A stretch of DNA of 34,551 bases, taken from positions 1 to 34,551 of the forward strand of contig CAZPWM010000024.1 of NCBI GenBank assembly GCA_964590575.1, given 5' to 3'. Below the pieces are notes generated by a model. It was not told the origin of the DNA, ran no database searches, and saw only the letters and a program-made list of their open reading frames with translations. Positions 8,815 through 17,806 of the stretch are shown here, piece by piece. The DNA comes from an uncultured archaeon. GTDB taxonomy: Archaea > Asgardarchaeota > Thorarchaeia > Thorarchaeales > Thorarchaeaceae. The first letter of the stretch is position 1. Every line of letters begins with the position of its first letter. Position numbers and translations under genes: made by a program.

Positions 8815-9396
8815 ATGAGTGACAGGCGCGATACCTCGTGGATTCGTATTTTTGATGATGTAATAGGTTTGATTGTAATAGTGGTCGGTATAGTGGCAAT
8901 ACTGGAGCTTGCCTTTAGTTATGTTTACGCGCTTGCGATTCTCTCAGTGGGACTAATTGCAATCGGTATTGCATGGGTAATTATGGGGATCTATGTTGTA
9001 CGCACAAATATCTATGCTCGATTATTTATGTTGATTACAGGATTTGCCGCAATCGCCATATCACTCATAGACTTCATTTTCTTCTCGCTCTCACCCGATA
9101 TTCTGATTTATTATCCTGCATTAGCGATGCTTCTTGTTGGTTCTTCACGAATTGTACTTGGTTTCCTTCTTGGTGGTGTACCCCTCTGGATTCAGATGTT
9201 ACAGATACTCTCAGGAATCCTGACCATTAACTTGGCTGCTTTCGTTTTTATCTTCTCAAACATAGAATTCTCTGCTATGATTGTTCTACTTGTTATAGCA
9301 TTCATTGCCAATGGTCTGGTGAGACTGATTGTGAGTCGTACTGATATAAAGCAGAAGATGATGCAGCCGACAGACGAGGCTAGCCCATCCGTGTAG
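8815..9396 (+). CDS. HdeD/DUF308-like membrane protein
   Basis: Six TM helices arranged as repeated hairpins with G-rich motifs; 193 aa. Confidence 0.7.
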   Translation: MSDRRDTSWIRIFDDVIGLIVIVVGIVAILELAFSYVYALAILSVGLIAIGIAWVIMGIYVVRTNIYARLFMLITGFAAIAISLIDFIFFSLSPDILIYYPALAMLLVGSSRIVLGFLLGGVPLWIQMLQILSGILTINLAAFVFIFSNIEFSAMIVLLVIAFIANGLVRLIVSRTDIKQKMMQPTDEASPSV

Positions 9397-9491
9397 TCCT
9401 TCTAGATATACACGTCAAACATTAGGACTGCTTGGATCTAATCACATTTGCACATTCAAGTAACAACTCTACACCTTCAAAGCAGAATCAT

Positions 9492-11225
9492 CTATTCAGA
9501 ATCGGATTTTATCACACGTTCATGCATTTGCATTCGATTCTGATTCTCTTCCAAATCCGCTTCAATCTCATTTCGTAAGTCTTGATAGGCGCCCTCAGGT
9601 AATCTTCCTGATTCGAAATCTTTCTGATAGAATATTAGTTTCTCTTTCAGAAGTTCCTGTCGTATAGAGAGTTCTTTAATTCTTGCGCGTCTTTCAGATA
9701 CTACCCTTCTAAGTTCATCTTCAAGGGTGAATATTTCTTCTTCTAGTTCTGCCTTCATTCGATTGTATGTTTCAAGTTCTACATTCCCCTCTGTGTACAA
9801 ATCAACAAGGCGTAGAAGCGCCTGTCGAGTTGCGTTTCTATGAGCAGTGATTTCACGTGCTCGATCTTCTTTTTCTATTAATCCAAGAGCCTTCGCAAAG
9901 TATGGTGTTGTGAGACCCTTGACTGTAAGACTTACTAATAGCATAATTGAAACAATAGAATAAATTGTCGGACCTATGATATGAGCATTCTCAACGAGAA
10001 TGAACGTGCCTGGATTAAATGGGTCTTCATGAGGAGTTACAATAGCAGTAACAGCAATAGCTGCAAGGGCCGCATTTGTGACACCTTTTACACCTGCCCA
10101 GCTCAGGAAGAGTCTATCCTTCAGATTCACTGACCGGTCAAAAGAGGTGACGAGGAGAACTGATGCAGGTCTAGCTACAAAAATAATGAGAAAAGCAGTT
10201 ATTAGACCAAGTATGATGATTGTGGGATTATTCACGATAAAGGCAATGGTCATCGATTCAGGTTGATTGGCAATCAAAGGAACGCTGAGAGTGTAGCCTA
10301 AGAGTATGAATACACATATTTCAAACAAGAATGATACATTCTTCATGACTCCACGCATGGACCTCTGAGGAAGTGGAGGTAGTTTCATTCGTTTAAAATT
10401 CGCCATGAAGATTCCAGCAAAAACTGCAGCGAGAGCTCCTGGATGAACACCTAATCCGCTGAAGAGTTCTCCAAGCCCAAATGCGAGTACAGGCGTTGTA
10501 GCTGTGAGGATAGATACATTTGTGTCATCAGCTGCTCTCAAGATTGCCCAACCTACAACGCGGGCTACGAGAAAACCCAATAACACACCAAATCCCATGC
10601 TGCCAAGAAATTCTAAGATGACCATCTCAAATGGTTGGAAGAGCGCCGGGATGACCAGTGGTTCGAAGACAGTGATGACAAGTATGACCGCTGTCGCATC
10701 GTTGAATACAGCTTCACCTTCAAGGGTTGAGAACAACTTGCGCTTTACTCTTACTCCACCTGATTCAAGAACAGCAAAAAGAGCCGCGGGATCAGTGGGT
10801 GAGAGGATAGCTCCTATCAGGAGTGCAATGGCAAGCCCAATCTGGGTTGAGAGTTGAATAGTAAATCCAGCTATCAAAGATGTCGCTAGTACTCCAGCAG
10901 TAGCAAGTAAGAGCACGTTTCTAAGTGAAAGCCGAAGTTCCTTTAGATTCATATTCAAGCCTGCATAGAATAGAACACATGCTAGTGTCAACTGAGCTAT
11001 AAAGTCGAATCCAGCAATTTGTATTAGCTCCTCCCCAGGTCCCTGAATATTAAGAAGTACCTGACCAATAATGATACCAGCAACGACTAACGGTATTGGA
11101 TGTGGAATTCGATATCTTTCTGCAACCTTTGCTAGTGCAACGCCTAGAATCAAAAGAGCCGCAACAACGAGCAGTACGTTAGGTTCTAGACTCTCAGCAC
11201 CATTTTGTAGGAGCAAGAGGATCAA
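9492..11225 (-). CDS. Cation:proton antiporter, CPA1 (NhaP-type), with a coiled-coil C-terminal tail
   Basis: LIGAILSPTDPAA, LEGEAVFNDA, FVARP, SWAGVKG; about 13 TM helices plus a roughly 125-aa charged helical tail. TTG start overlaps the upstream TGA by 4 bp. Confidence 0.93.
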   Translation of the reverse strand: MILLLLQNGAESLEPNVLLVVAALLILGVALAKVAERYRIPHPIPLVVAGIIIGQVLLNIQGPGEELIQIAGFDFIAQLTLACVLFYAGLNMNLKELRLSLRNVLLLATAGVLATSLIAGFTIQLSTQIGLAIALLIGAILSPTDPAALFAVLESGGVRVKRKLFSTLEGEAVFNDATAVILVITVFEPLVIPALFQPFEMVILEFLGSMGFGVLLGFLVARVVGWAILRAADDTNVSILTATTPVLAFGLGELFSGLGVHPGALAAVFAGIFMANFKRMKLPPLPQRSMRGVMKNVSFLFEICVFILLGYTLSVPLIANQPESMTIAFIVNNPTIIILGLITAFLIIFVARPASVLLVTSFDRSVNLKDRLFLSWAGVKGVTNAALAAIAVTAIVTPHEDPFNPGTFILVENAHIIGPTIYSIVSIMLLVSLTVKGLTTPYFAKALGLIEKEDRAREITAHRNATRQALLRLVDLYTEGNVELETYNRMKAELEEEIFTLEDELRRVVSERRARIKELSIRQELLKEKLIFYQKDFESGRLPEGAYQDLRNEIEADLEENQNRMQMHERVIKSDSE

Positions 11226-11842
11226 ATCTCCGCAAGGATTTCAGCATACACCTTCAGGTAATCAGATATTTTTTCAAGTTCCCTCACGATTTTTCTCATC
11301 ATATAACATATGAAATCAGACTCTCCACCAGTTGCAACAGTGATCTGTCGACATATAATGATGTTATCCTCATCAATCTCTCGCTCAAGCCTGATAACTG
11401 ACTGCAGTCCTTCTGCCATCCCCTCAGGATTATTGCTACATTCTCCAGTCATCTTCTGGAGTGCGAGATATTGATTCTTGATTTTACTAGTTATTGACTT
11501 TAGAGAAGTCATATACACCTCACCAAAGGATTCTCCACTAACCATATCAACCATCATCAACACATATGCTAGGGTGGATTGGGTTCTGTGCATATATGAT
11601 GCCGCGGCTTGTGTAGCAATTCCAAGATCATTTCTAGGGAGGTTCTCTGAAAATCTATACATTTTGACCAAGTTCCTGAAATACTTCGAAACCGTTTCTC
11701 TGAGTGTATCCCATGGGATTTCCTCCTGATCACAATCTCCACAAAGACGGTTTTCTAAAATCTCAACTATCTTTGATTGTTCTTCAAGAATTTTACATAG
11801 GAATGTAAGAACTTCGATTTTATCTAACGGGTTTCTACTCAT
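11222..11842 (-). CDS. PhoU/DUF47-like helical-bundle protein
   Basis: C-terminal half has IRLEREID...IVRELEKISDY, the PhoU/DUF47 repeat signature; the N-terminal repeat is degenerate. Confidence 0.65.
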   Translation of the reverse strand: MSRNPLDKIEVLTFLCKILEEQSKIVEILENRLCGDCDQEEIPWDTLRETVSKYFRNLVKMYRFSENLPRNDLGIATQAAASYMHRTQSTLAYVLMMVDMVSGESFGEVYMTSLKSITSKIKNQYLALQKMTGECSNNPEGMAEGLQSVIRLEREIDEDNIIICRQITVATGGESDFICYMMRKIVRELEKISDYLKVYAEILAEI

Positions 11843-11848
11843 ATTCTC

Positions 11849-12097
11849 TCACTCCTTTCTGTCAGATATCTTCCATGACATGCTGAGATTGAAATGAATG
11901 AAGCTTTTCCGAAGATTAACTTCAATCCCCGTTTCTACTGGTTCTCCTAATGGGAGTTGAATGAACCCTTCCTTTAGACTAGGCATAGGTAGTTCAAGCT
12001 TCTCACCATCCCGAATTTCGGATGCAATTCTTTCGAGTAAATCAGCTAACCCAACAAGAGTTCTTTCTTCCTCGAATTCATAATCATCAATACGCAT
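11849..12097 (-). CDS. Amphi-Trp domain protein
   Basis: 82 aa: FEEE, helix LADLLERIASEIRDG, then alternating beta strands ending in LSMSW (terminal Trp). GAGGTG SD upstream. Confidence 0.75.
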   Translation of the reverse strand: MRIDDYEFEEERTLVGLADLLERIASEIRDGEKLELPMPSLKEGFIQLPLGEPVETGIEVNLRKSFIHFNLSMSWKISDRKE

Positions 12098-12187
12098 TCT
12101 TTGACACCTCAGAATGTAATAGCATGTTCTAATTGGACTTGGATACGCTCCTTTTTAGCCTAACTCTTTTTTGATACGAATCAAGAT

Positions 12188-13612
12188 TCATTTTATTTCT
12201 GTATGAGACTCACTTCTGATTATGTTGGGTTGTCCCAAATCACTCGGGGGATATGGCATTGAAACAATGTTCATCTTTTCCAGTGCTCTTCGAAGGATTA
12301 GGACTCCAATAACACCTGAAATAAATGAGGCGAGGAGAATCGCTCCTTTTGCAGCGGCGAGCAAACTCCCTGATAGCGATAGTGAGGCAATAAATGTGGA
12401 TATAGTAAAACCGATACCCGCTAAGAATCCTGTACCTATCATAATTTCCCAATTCACACCTTCAGGTAATCCTAGAACTCCAAGTTTTATCGGAATCCAA
12501 GTGAACAATAATATCCCCACTGGTTTTCCAATTGTTAAGCCAATGATAATCCCCAATGTAATTGGGTCAAGGAATTCAATAAGAGATATGTTGAACAAAA
12601 TAATTCCTGAATTCGCTAGTGCGAAAAATGGTATGATAACGAATGCTACCCATTTGGTCAAAGCATGCTCAGCGAGTTGAAGTGGTGTTTCCACATCTCT
12701 GCAAGCTAGTCGTAGAGTTTCGGAGGACTCTTGAAAGTCCTTGGAGTCTATGTTTTCAATTCCGTTTGCTGCTGAATCTTGAATTCTCTTTACTAAGCTT
12801 GAACTGATAATGATGAACTCGGAATAATCAATCTTGGTAGTGGCAGGTATTGTTAATGCAATAAGAATCCCTGCGACAGTTGGATGAACACCTGAAATCA
12901 GGAATTGCAGCCAAACAAGAATTCCAAGTACTGCATATATGAGAAGTTGCCTAATTCCAATTCGATTCATGATTGTCATTAAACCTAGTAAAGCCAATCC
13001 TACAAAGAGCGGAATTAAGAAGATTTCACTTGTGTAGAACAAAGCAATTATGAGAACGCCACCAATATCATCTGTTATAGCTAGGGTTGCTAGAAAGATT
13101 TTCAGTGAAACTGGAACCTTCGGACCAAAGATGGAAAGAAGTCCAAGTGCAATCGCAATATCTGTAGCAATTGGAATTGCCCATGCACTAGCTCCCAGAC
13201 TACCTGGTGGATTGAGCGCAAGAAACAGAAGCCCTGGTACAAGTATACCCCCTGCAGCTGCAATTATTGGAGCAAAAGCCGCCTTAGGTTTACTTAGTTC
13301 ACCAATTAGCACTTCACGTTTAATCTCAAGTCCAATGAGAAAGAAGAAAAATGCCATGAGAAGATCGTTTATCCAAAATACTAGTGGTTTTGTCAAACTA
13401 TAAGTCCCAATATTGATGCCAATGTTTGTTTCCCAGAGTGAAAGGAAATGCAATCCTATGAAGGAGTTTGATATAATGAGTGCAACAACTACGCAAATTA
13501 GAAGGATGACACCACCGGAAGCCTCAAACTGGATAAAATTATTGAAGGGCTCTATAACCCGCAATATTCTATTTTGATGGCCTTTCTTGAAGTGTCTCCT
13601 TTTTGGTGGCAT
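12188..13612 (-). CDS. nhaA: Na+/H+ antiporter NhaA
   Basis: WINDLLMAFFFFLIGLEIKRE, WAIPIATDIA, LAITDDIG (catalytic DD), SGVHPTVAG, GKPVGI, LAGIGFT. Confidence 0.96.
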   Translation of the reverse strand: MPPKRRHFKKGHQNRILRVIEPFNNFIQFEASGGVILLICVVVALIISNSFIGLHFLSLWETNIGINIGTYSLTKPLVFWINDLLMAFFFFLIGLEIKREVLIGELSKPKAAFAPIIAAAGGILVPGLLFLALNPPGSLGASAWAIPIATDIAIALGLLSIFGPKVPVSLKIFLATLAITDDIGGVLIIALFYTSEIFLIPLFVGLALLGLMTIMNRIGIRQLLIYAVLGILVWLQFLISGVHPTVAGILIALTIPATTKIDYSEFIIISSSLVKRIQDSAANGIENIDSKDFQESSETLRLACRDVETPLQLAEHALTKWVAFVIIPFFALANSGIILFNISLIEFLDPITLGIIIGLTIGKPVGILLFTWIPIKLGVLGLPEGVNWEIMIGTGFLAGIGFTISTFIASLSLSGSLLAAAKGAILLASFISGVIGVLILRRALEKMNIVSMPYPPSDLGQPNIIRSESHTEIK

Positions 13613-13740
13613 TAAACTTTCCCTATTTCGTGTGATTAGACTTCTCCAATATAACCACCACTGTTGATACCATCCACCACCACCCTTAATTAGAACACGT
13701 ATTCAGAACTCTCCAGACAATTGAACGGATGTACATCTAA

Positions 13741-14889
13741 ATGGGTGAAGACAAAGATGACTTCGTTGTGACTCCTTGGAAAGTAGAAGGTATTGTCGAC
13801 TACGACCGTCTCATTGAGTTGTTCGGAACCGAGCGAATCACAAAGGAGCTAAGAGAGCGTATCTACAAGGTAACAAAAGAAAAACATGTCTTACTTGAAC
13901 GTAACTTGTTTTTTTCGCACAGAGATCTTGGTTGGATCCTTGATGAGTATGAGAAAGGAAACAAGTTTGTGCTTTACACAGGTAGAGGTCCTAGTGGCAT
14001 TACTCACATCGGACATCTTGTTCCATGGATCTTCACCAAATGGATGCAGGATAAATTTGACACAACCCTTTACTTCCAAATGACAAATGATGAGAAGTAT
14101 TTCTTTGAACCTCATCTCAGTTTAGATGATGTTAAGAAATTCACTTATGATAACACGTTGGATCTACTTGCCCTTGGGTTCGAACCTGAGAACACCTACA
14201 TCATCCAGGATATTGAGCACATCGACCTACTCTATGAGATTGCAGTCGAAGTGGCAAGAAAAGTGACCTTCTCCACTGTGAAGGCTGTGTTTGGATTTGA
14301 CAATAGTACCAACATTGGCTCTTCTTGGCATCCTGCAATTCAAGCAGTGCCTGCATTCCTACATTCATGGATTCATGGGAAGAATACTCCTTGCATCATT
14401 CCTTCTGCAATAGATCAGGACCCGTTCTGGCGTGTAACTCGCGATATCGCTGAGCGACTTGGCTACTACAAACCCGCCGCCATCCAATGTTCGTTTGTCC
14501 CAGGTCTGAAAGAGGGTGGCAAGATGTCGTCATCCGAGCCTATGTCTGCTGTCTTTACAACTGACACACCAAAGATGGCTAAAAAGAAGGTCATGGCCGC
14601 TTTCACAGGTGGTCGAACCACAGTGGAAGAACAGAGGAAGCTTGGTGCGAACCCTGACGTGTGTAGTGTTTTCAAATACTACAATTTTATCTTCATGCCA
14701 GACGACAAAGACCTTGCTGATATCGAGAAGAAGTGTCGAGGTGGAGCGATTCTCTGTGGTGAGTGTAAGCAAATTCTCGCCCCGATGATGATGGAATTTC
14801 TTGAGAAGCATCAGGCTGCTCGCGAAGAGGTCAAGGACCGCGTTCACGAGTTCTCAGCTGATAGACTAAGAGATGAGATTCGCTGTTGA
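13741..14889 (+). CDS. trpS: Tryptophanyl-tRNA synthetase, archaeal/eukaryotic type
   Basis: VTPW, LYTGRGPS, HIGH, AIDQDPFWR, KMSSS, AFTGGR, CGECK. Confidence 0.97.
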   Translation: MGEDKDDFVVTPWKVEGIVDYDRLIELFGTERITKELRERIYKVTKEKHVLLERNLFFSHRDLGWILDEYEKGNKFVLYTGRGPSGITHIGHLVPWIFTKWMQDKFDTTLYFQMTNDEKYFFEPHLSLDDVKKFTYDNTLDLLALGFEPENTYIIQDIEHIDLLYEIAVEVARKVTFSTVKAVFGFDNSTNIGSSWHPAIQAVPAFLHSWIHGKNTPCIIPSAIDQDPFWRVTRDIAERLGYYKPAAIQCSFVPGLKEGGKMSSSEPMSAVFTTDTPKMAKKKVMAAFTGGRTTVEEQRKLGANPDVCSVFKYYNFIFMPDDKDLADIEKKCRGGAILCGECKQILAPMMMEFLEKHQAAREEVKDRVHEFSADRLRDEIRC

Positions 14890-14950
14890 GAGATCAGTTA
14901 TCAGGTAGTTCTCATAAGTTTGAATCAGTATCAGTAAGTGGGGTGAACAG

Positions 14951-15676
14951 GTGTTTGAGTGGATAGTCGCTCTGTTGATTGGTGTTGGAATTGCACTCGT
15001 TACTTATTTCATTGCTTTCTCCCTGTTGATGATAACTTCAAAGAAAGTAAAATCAATAGGCAGTGCTCTGGAAAAACACTCTTGGATTTCGAATATCATC
15101 ATCGGCCCAATAATCCTTGTTCTGTCTCTGCTGATCATATACGTTCTGAGTCAGGGAAATATCCATCAGTGGGGTTTTCAATGGATGGATTTGTGGGAAC
15201 TATCTTGGCTCATTTTAGTTGGTGGATTTATTGCAATCTTTACTGTTGGAATGGCTGAGATTCTATCTCCATCTCCCCCTGAGATGAAACCACCACCAGA
15301 TCCTAGGAGTCGAGTCCTGTTCTTCGTTCTGATTGTCGTACTGGCAAGCATTTCAGAAGAAGTACTGTTTAGAGGCTTTCTGCAGGGAATTCTTGATAAT
15401 ACACTTCTACTAGAAATCGAATTTGGTAACTTGTCGCTGACAGGTGGATCGATAGTTTCCGCCATTGTTTTTGCAGTTGTTCATGCAATGCCAGCTAAAA
15501 GAATGGGTATGAATCCTGTCGTTCTTATAGGATCTTCTTTTATTCTAGGTATTATATCTGGCGTTGCTCTAGCGACTACTGGGAGTCTAATTGCTCCAAT
15601 TATCGTTCACTCTCAATTCAATTTAGTTGGGTTTCTTGAGTCCTTTACCTATACGTCGAAAAATAAACCACAATGA
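14951..15676 (+). CDS. CPBP (Abi/CAAX type II) intramembrane glutamic endopeptidase
   Basis: EEVLFRG, FAVVH and HSQFN motifs; multiple TM helices; GGGGTGA SD before the GTG start. Confidence 0.92.
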   Translation: MFEWIVALLIGVGIALVTYFIAFSLLMITSKKVKSIGSALEKHSWISNIIIGPIILVLSLLIIYVLSQGNIHQWGFQWMDLWELSWLILVGGFIAIFTVGMAEILSPSPPEMKPPPDPRSRVLFFVLIVVLASISEEVLFRGFLQGILDNTLLLEIEFGNLSLTGGSIVSAIVFAVVHAMPAKRMGMNPVVLIGSSFILGIISGVALATTGSLIAPIIVHSQFNLVGFLESFTYTSKNKPQ

Positions 15677-15768
15677 TGAAGGTTTTACTCCCACTTGCAC
15701 CTCTGACGAAGTCTTAAATGCCTACATAGTGATTTTTCCTTCAGATACAGACTCCGGAGAGTTTGACT

Positions 15769-16797
15769 ATGGGTTCAGAAACAGAAGCAGTGGACATATT
15801 CAAGTGTCCTGTCTGCAATGGAAATGTTAAGACCGGACCCGACGACATTGTTATTACTTGTACCTATTGTGGTAGCACTACCACTGATGAAGGAAAAGCA
15901 ATTGGCGATCATCTAATGGAACCCGCTGTTGACGAGGAAGTCCGAATAGAAGGTTTCCGCAACTTTCTCGATAAGAACAAAGGACTGAACAAGTCTCTTG
16001 TTAAAATGGCCCAAGTTGTAGAAAATCGCTTGATTTATGTTCCTGTCTGGACAGCTAAAGTAAAAGCTGATTCATACTACAAGGGGTACAAAACTGTCCA
16101 AGTTCCGGTTCAAAAAACGAGAACTGTCAGGGATTCTGATGGTAAATCGAGGACTGAAACGTACACTGATTATGAAACTGGGTACGTGCCTGTTCAAGAT
16201 GAGATTCACACGGATGGCGACGAACCTCTGTTGGCCAGGAAAGGTGCTAGGTTTTATGGTATTGAGGATTATCTAAAAACCGTCAGTCCGAGTCACTCAG
16301 TTCCTTATGATTTTGAGAAAATCAAAGGTCTTGAACCAGAAATGCTGAATGCAGAGATTGGTTCAGAAGAGTTTGAAAAGACAGCTCATGGGCGTGTAGC
16401 TGATAGACACAGAGCTCAAGCAGCTAGTGGACTGACCGAACTCTTTGATTGCAGAACAACAACCAATGTTAGAGGTACAACATACCTTCAAGCACCGTTT
16501 TCCTTGATACGTTACAAATTTCAGGGAGACCTCTACAAATGTGCAATTGATGGTAATACTGGCAAGGTTGTCCTGGGCGAGATTCCGATTTCTCGCAGCC
16601 AACGCATCCTTTGGGCAATCGTAAGCTTGATTGGCATTATTATATCTGGGGCAGGAGGAGAACTTCTCATGATGGGTATGAGCGTAGATGAAACTCTATT
16701 TATCGTAGGCGGAATCGCATCTGCAATTCTAGGAATGGTAATGACATTCTTTGGGTTCCGGATATTGATAATGACTGAGCGGACCAAGAAGGGGTGA
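15769..16797 (+). CDS. Zinc-ribbon membrane-anchored protein (paralogue A)
   Basis: CPVC...CTYC, IYVPVW, YKFQGDLYKCAIDGNTGKVV.G.IP, two C-terminal TM helices. GGAG lies 9 nt before the ATG at 15769 (alternative TTG at 15763). Confidence 0.85.
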   Translation: MGSETEAVDIFKCPVCNGNVKTGPDDIVITCTYCGSTTTDEGKAIGDHLMEPAVDEEVRIEGFRNFLDKNKGLNKSLVKMAQVVENRLIYVPVWTAKVKADSYYKGYKTVQVPVQKTRTVRDSDGKSRTETYTDYETGYVPVQDEIHTDGDEPLLARKGARFYGIEDYLKTVSPSHSVPYDFEKIKGLEPEMLNAEIGSEEFEKTAHGRVADRHRAQAASGLTELFDCRTTTNVRGTTYLQAPFSLIRYKFQGDLYKCAIDGNTGKVVLGEIPISRSQRILWAIVSLIGIIISGAGGELLMMGMSVDETLFIVGGIASAILGMVMTFFGFRILIMTERTKKG

Positions 16798-16801
16798 TAA
16801 T

Positions 16802-17773
16802 ATGGCAAGATGTGCGTTTTGTGATGCTGATTTTGAAACAGGACCTGGAGACCTTTTACTAGTATGTCCGTTCTGCGGCACTGCCCAGATGACAGATGGT
16901 ACAAAGTTCAAGGACCATTATATGATACGTGTACACTTTGATCAATATGAATCACAGACAACCCTTCTCGATTGGGTGTCCAAGCAGCTCGGTGCTCCTG
17001 CTGACCTTCCCGTGCAAGCGAAGTTTCTACAGGCGCATCAGATATGGTATCCATTTTGGATAAGTAGAGTTGATGCAGATACTACATACCGTGGACTCGG
17101 TAGGGATGCTCACTTTCATAATGAGTGGCCTCAGCGGAGAGGTGCCTACAAACAAATCGAGTACTTCTGGAAACCAGAATCTGGTCAATTCACGCGAAGA
17201 CATGAGATTAATATCGCAGCTGTGAAGGACATTGATCCTGATATTCGAGGTTTTCCAATTCCAACGCGGTCAAAGGAATACTTTAGCCATGCTCATGCTG
17301 AAGAGTTTGATGGCAAGGTGTTGCACAGTAATATGACTATGGAACAAGCCAAAGAAACTGCCAAACAGATAGCCATTGATCGACAAACCCAATTGGTTCT
17401 TTCAGAAGTTGACAAGATTGAGTCAAGGGAAGATAAAATCGATGTTGGTGAAACATTTCTAATTCATATTCCAGTGTGGGAACTTGAGTATAGATATGGC
17501 AATAGGAAGTACCAAGCATCGGTATCCGCTCCAACTGGATACGTGATTGAAAGCAAATATCCACGATCTATGGCATTCAGAGCAGCAGGACTTGGGGTGG
17601 GCTTCTTCATGCTATTGATTGGCATTGGTCTGATTGCTTTAGCCCTAGATCTTCTTGGGATTGGACCAATACTTCCTGGTGGTGGTCTTATTTCTGGTGG
17701 TCTTCTAGCGATACTAGGTCTAGTCTTAATGTATAAGGGAGCTTCTAGGAAAGAAGCAAAAGAGAAAGTGTAG
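16802..17773 (+). CDS. Zinc-ribbon membrane-anchored protein (paralogue B)
   Basis: CAFC...CPFC, IWYPFW, IPVWELEYRYGNRKY...TGYVI...P, two C-terminal TM helices; 4-bp gap after paralogue A, with GGGGTGA SD. Confidence 0.85.
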   Translation: MARCAFCDADFETGPGDLLLVCPFCGTAQMTDGTKFKDHYMIRVHFDQYESQTTLLDWVSKQLGAPADLPVQAKFLQAHQIWYPFWISRVDADTTYRGLGRDAHFHNEWPQRRGAYKQIEYFWKPESGQFTRRHEINIAAVKDIDPDIRGFPIPTRSKEYFSHAHAEEFDGKVLHSNMTMEQAKETAKQIAIDRQTQLVLSEVDKIESREDKIDVGETFLIHIPVWELEYRYGNRKYQASVSAPTGYVIESKYPRSMAFRAAGLGVGFFMLLIGIGLIALALDLLGIGPILPGGGLISGGLLAILGLVLMYKGASRKEAKEKV

Positions 17774-17806
17774 GGCACACCTACACTTTGCCTTTCTTTT
17801 TATTTT
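17765..17806 (+). terminator. Stem-loop overlapping the stop codon, plus T-tract
   Basis: AAAGTGTAGG-GCACA-CCTACACTTT (17765-17789, perfect 10 bp) followed by GCCTTTCTTTTTATTTT. Confidence 0.7.

Noticed and set aside
14884-14889. TrpRS ending Cys-TGA as a possible Cys-Sec motif
   Set aside because: The protein is already full length, no SECIS-like structure is evident and there is no redox rationale.
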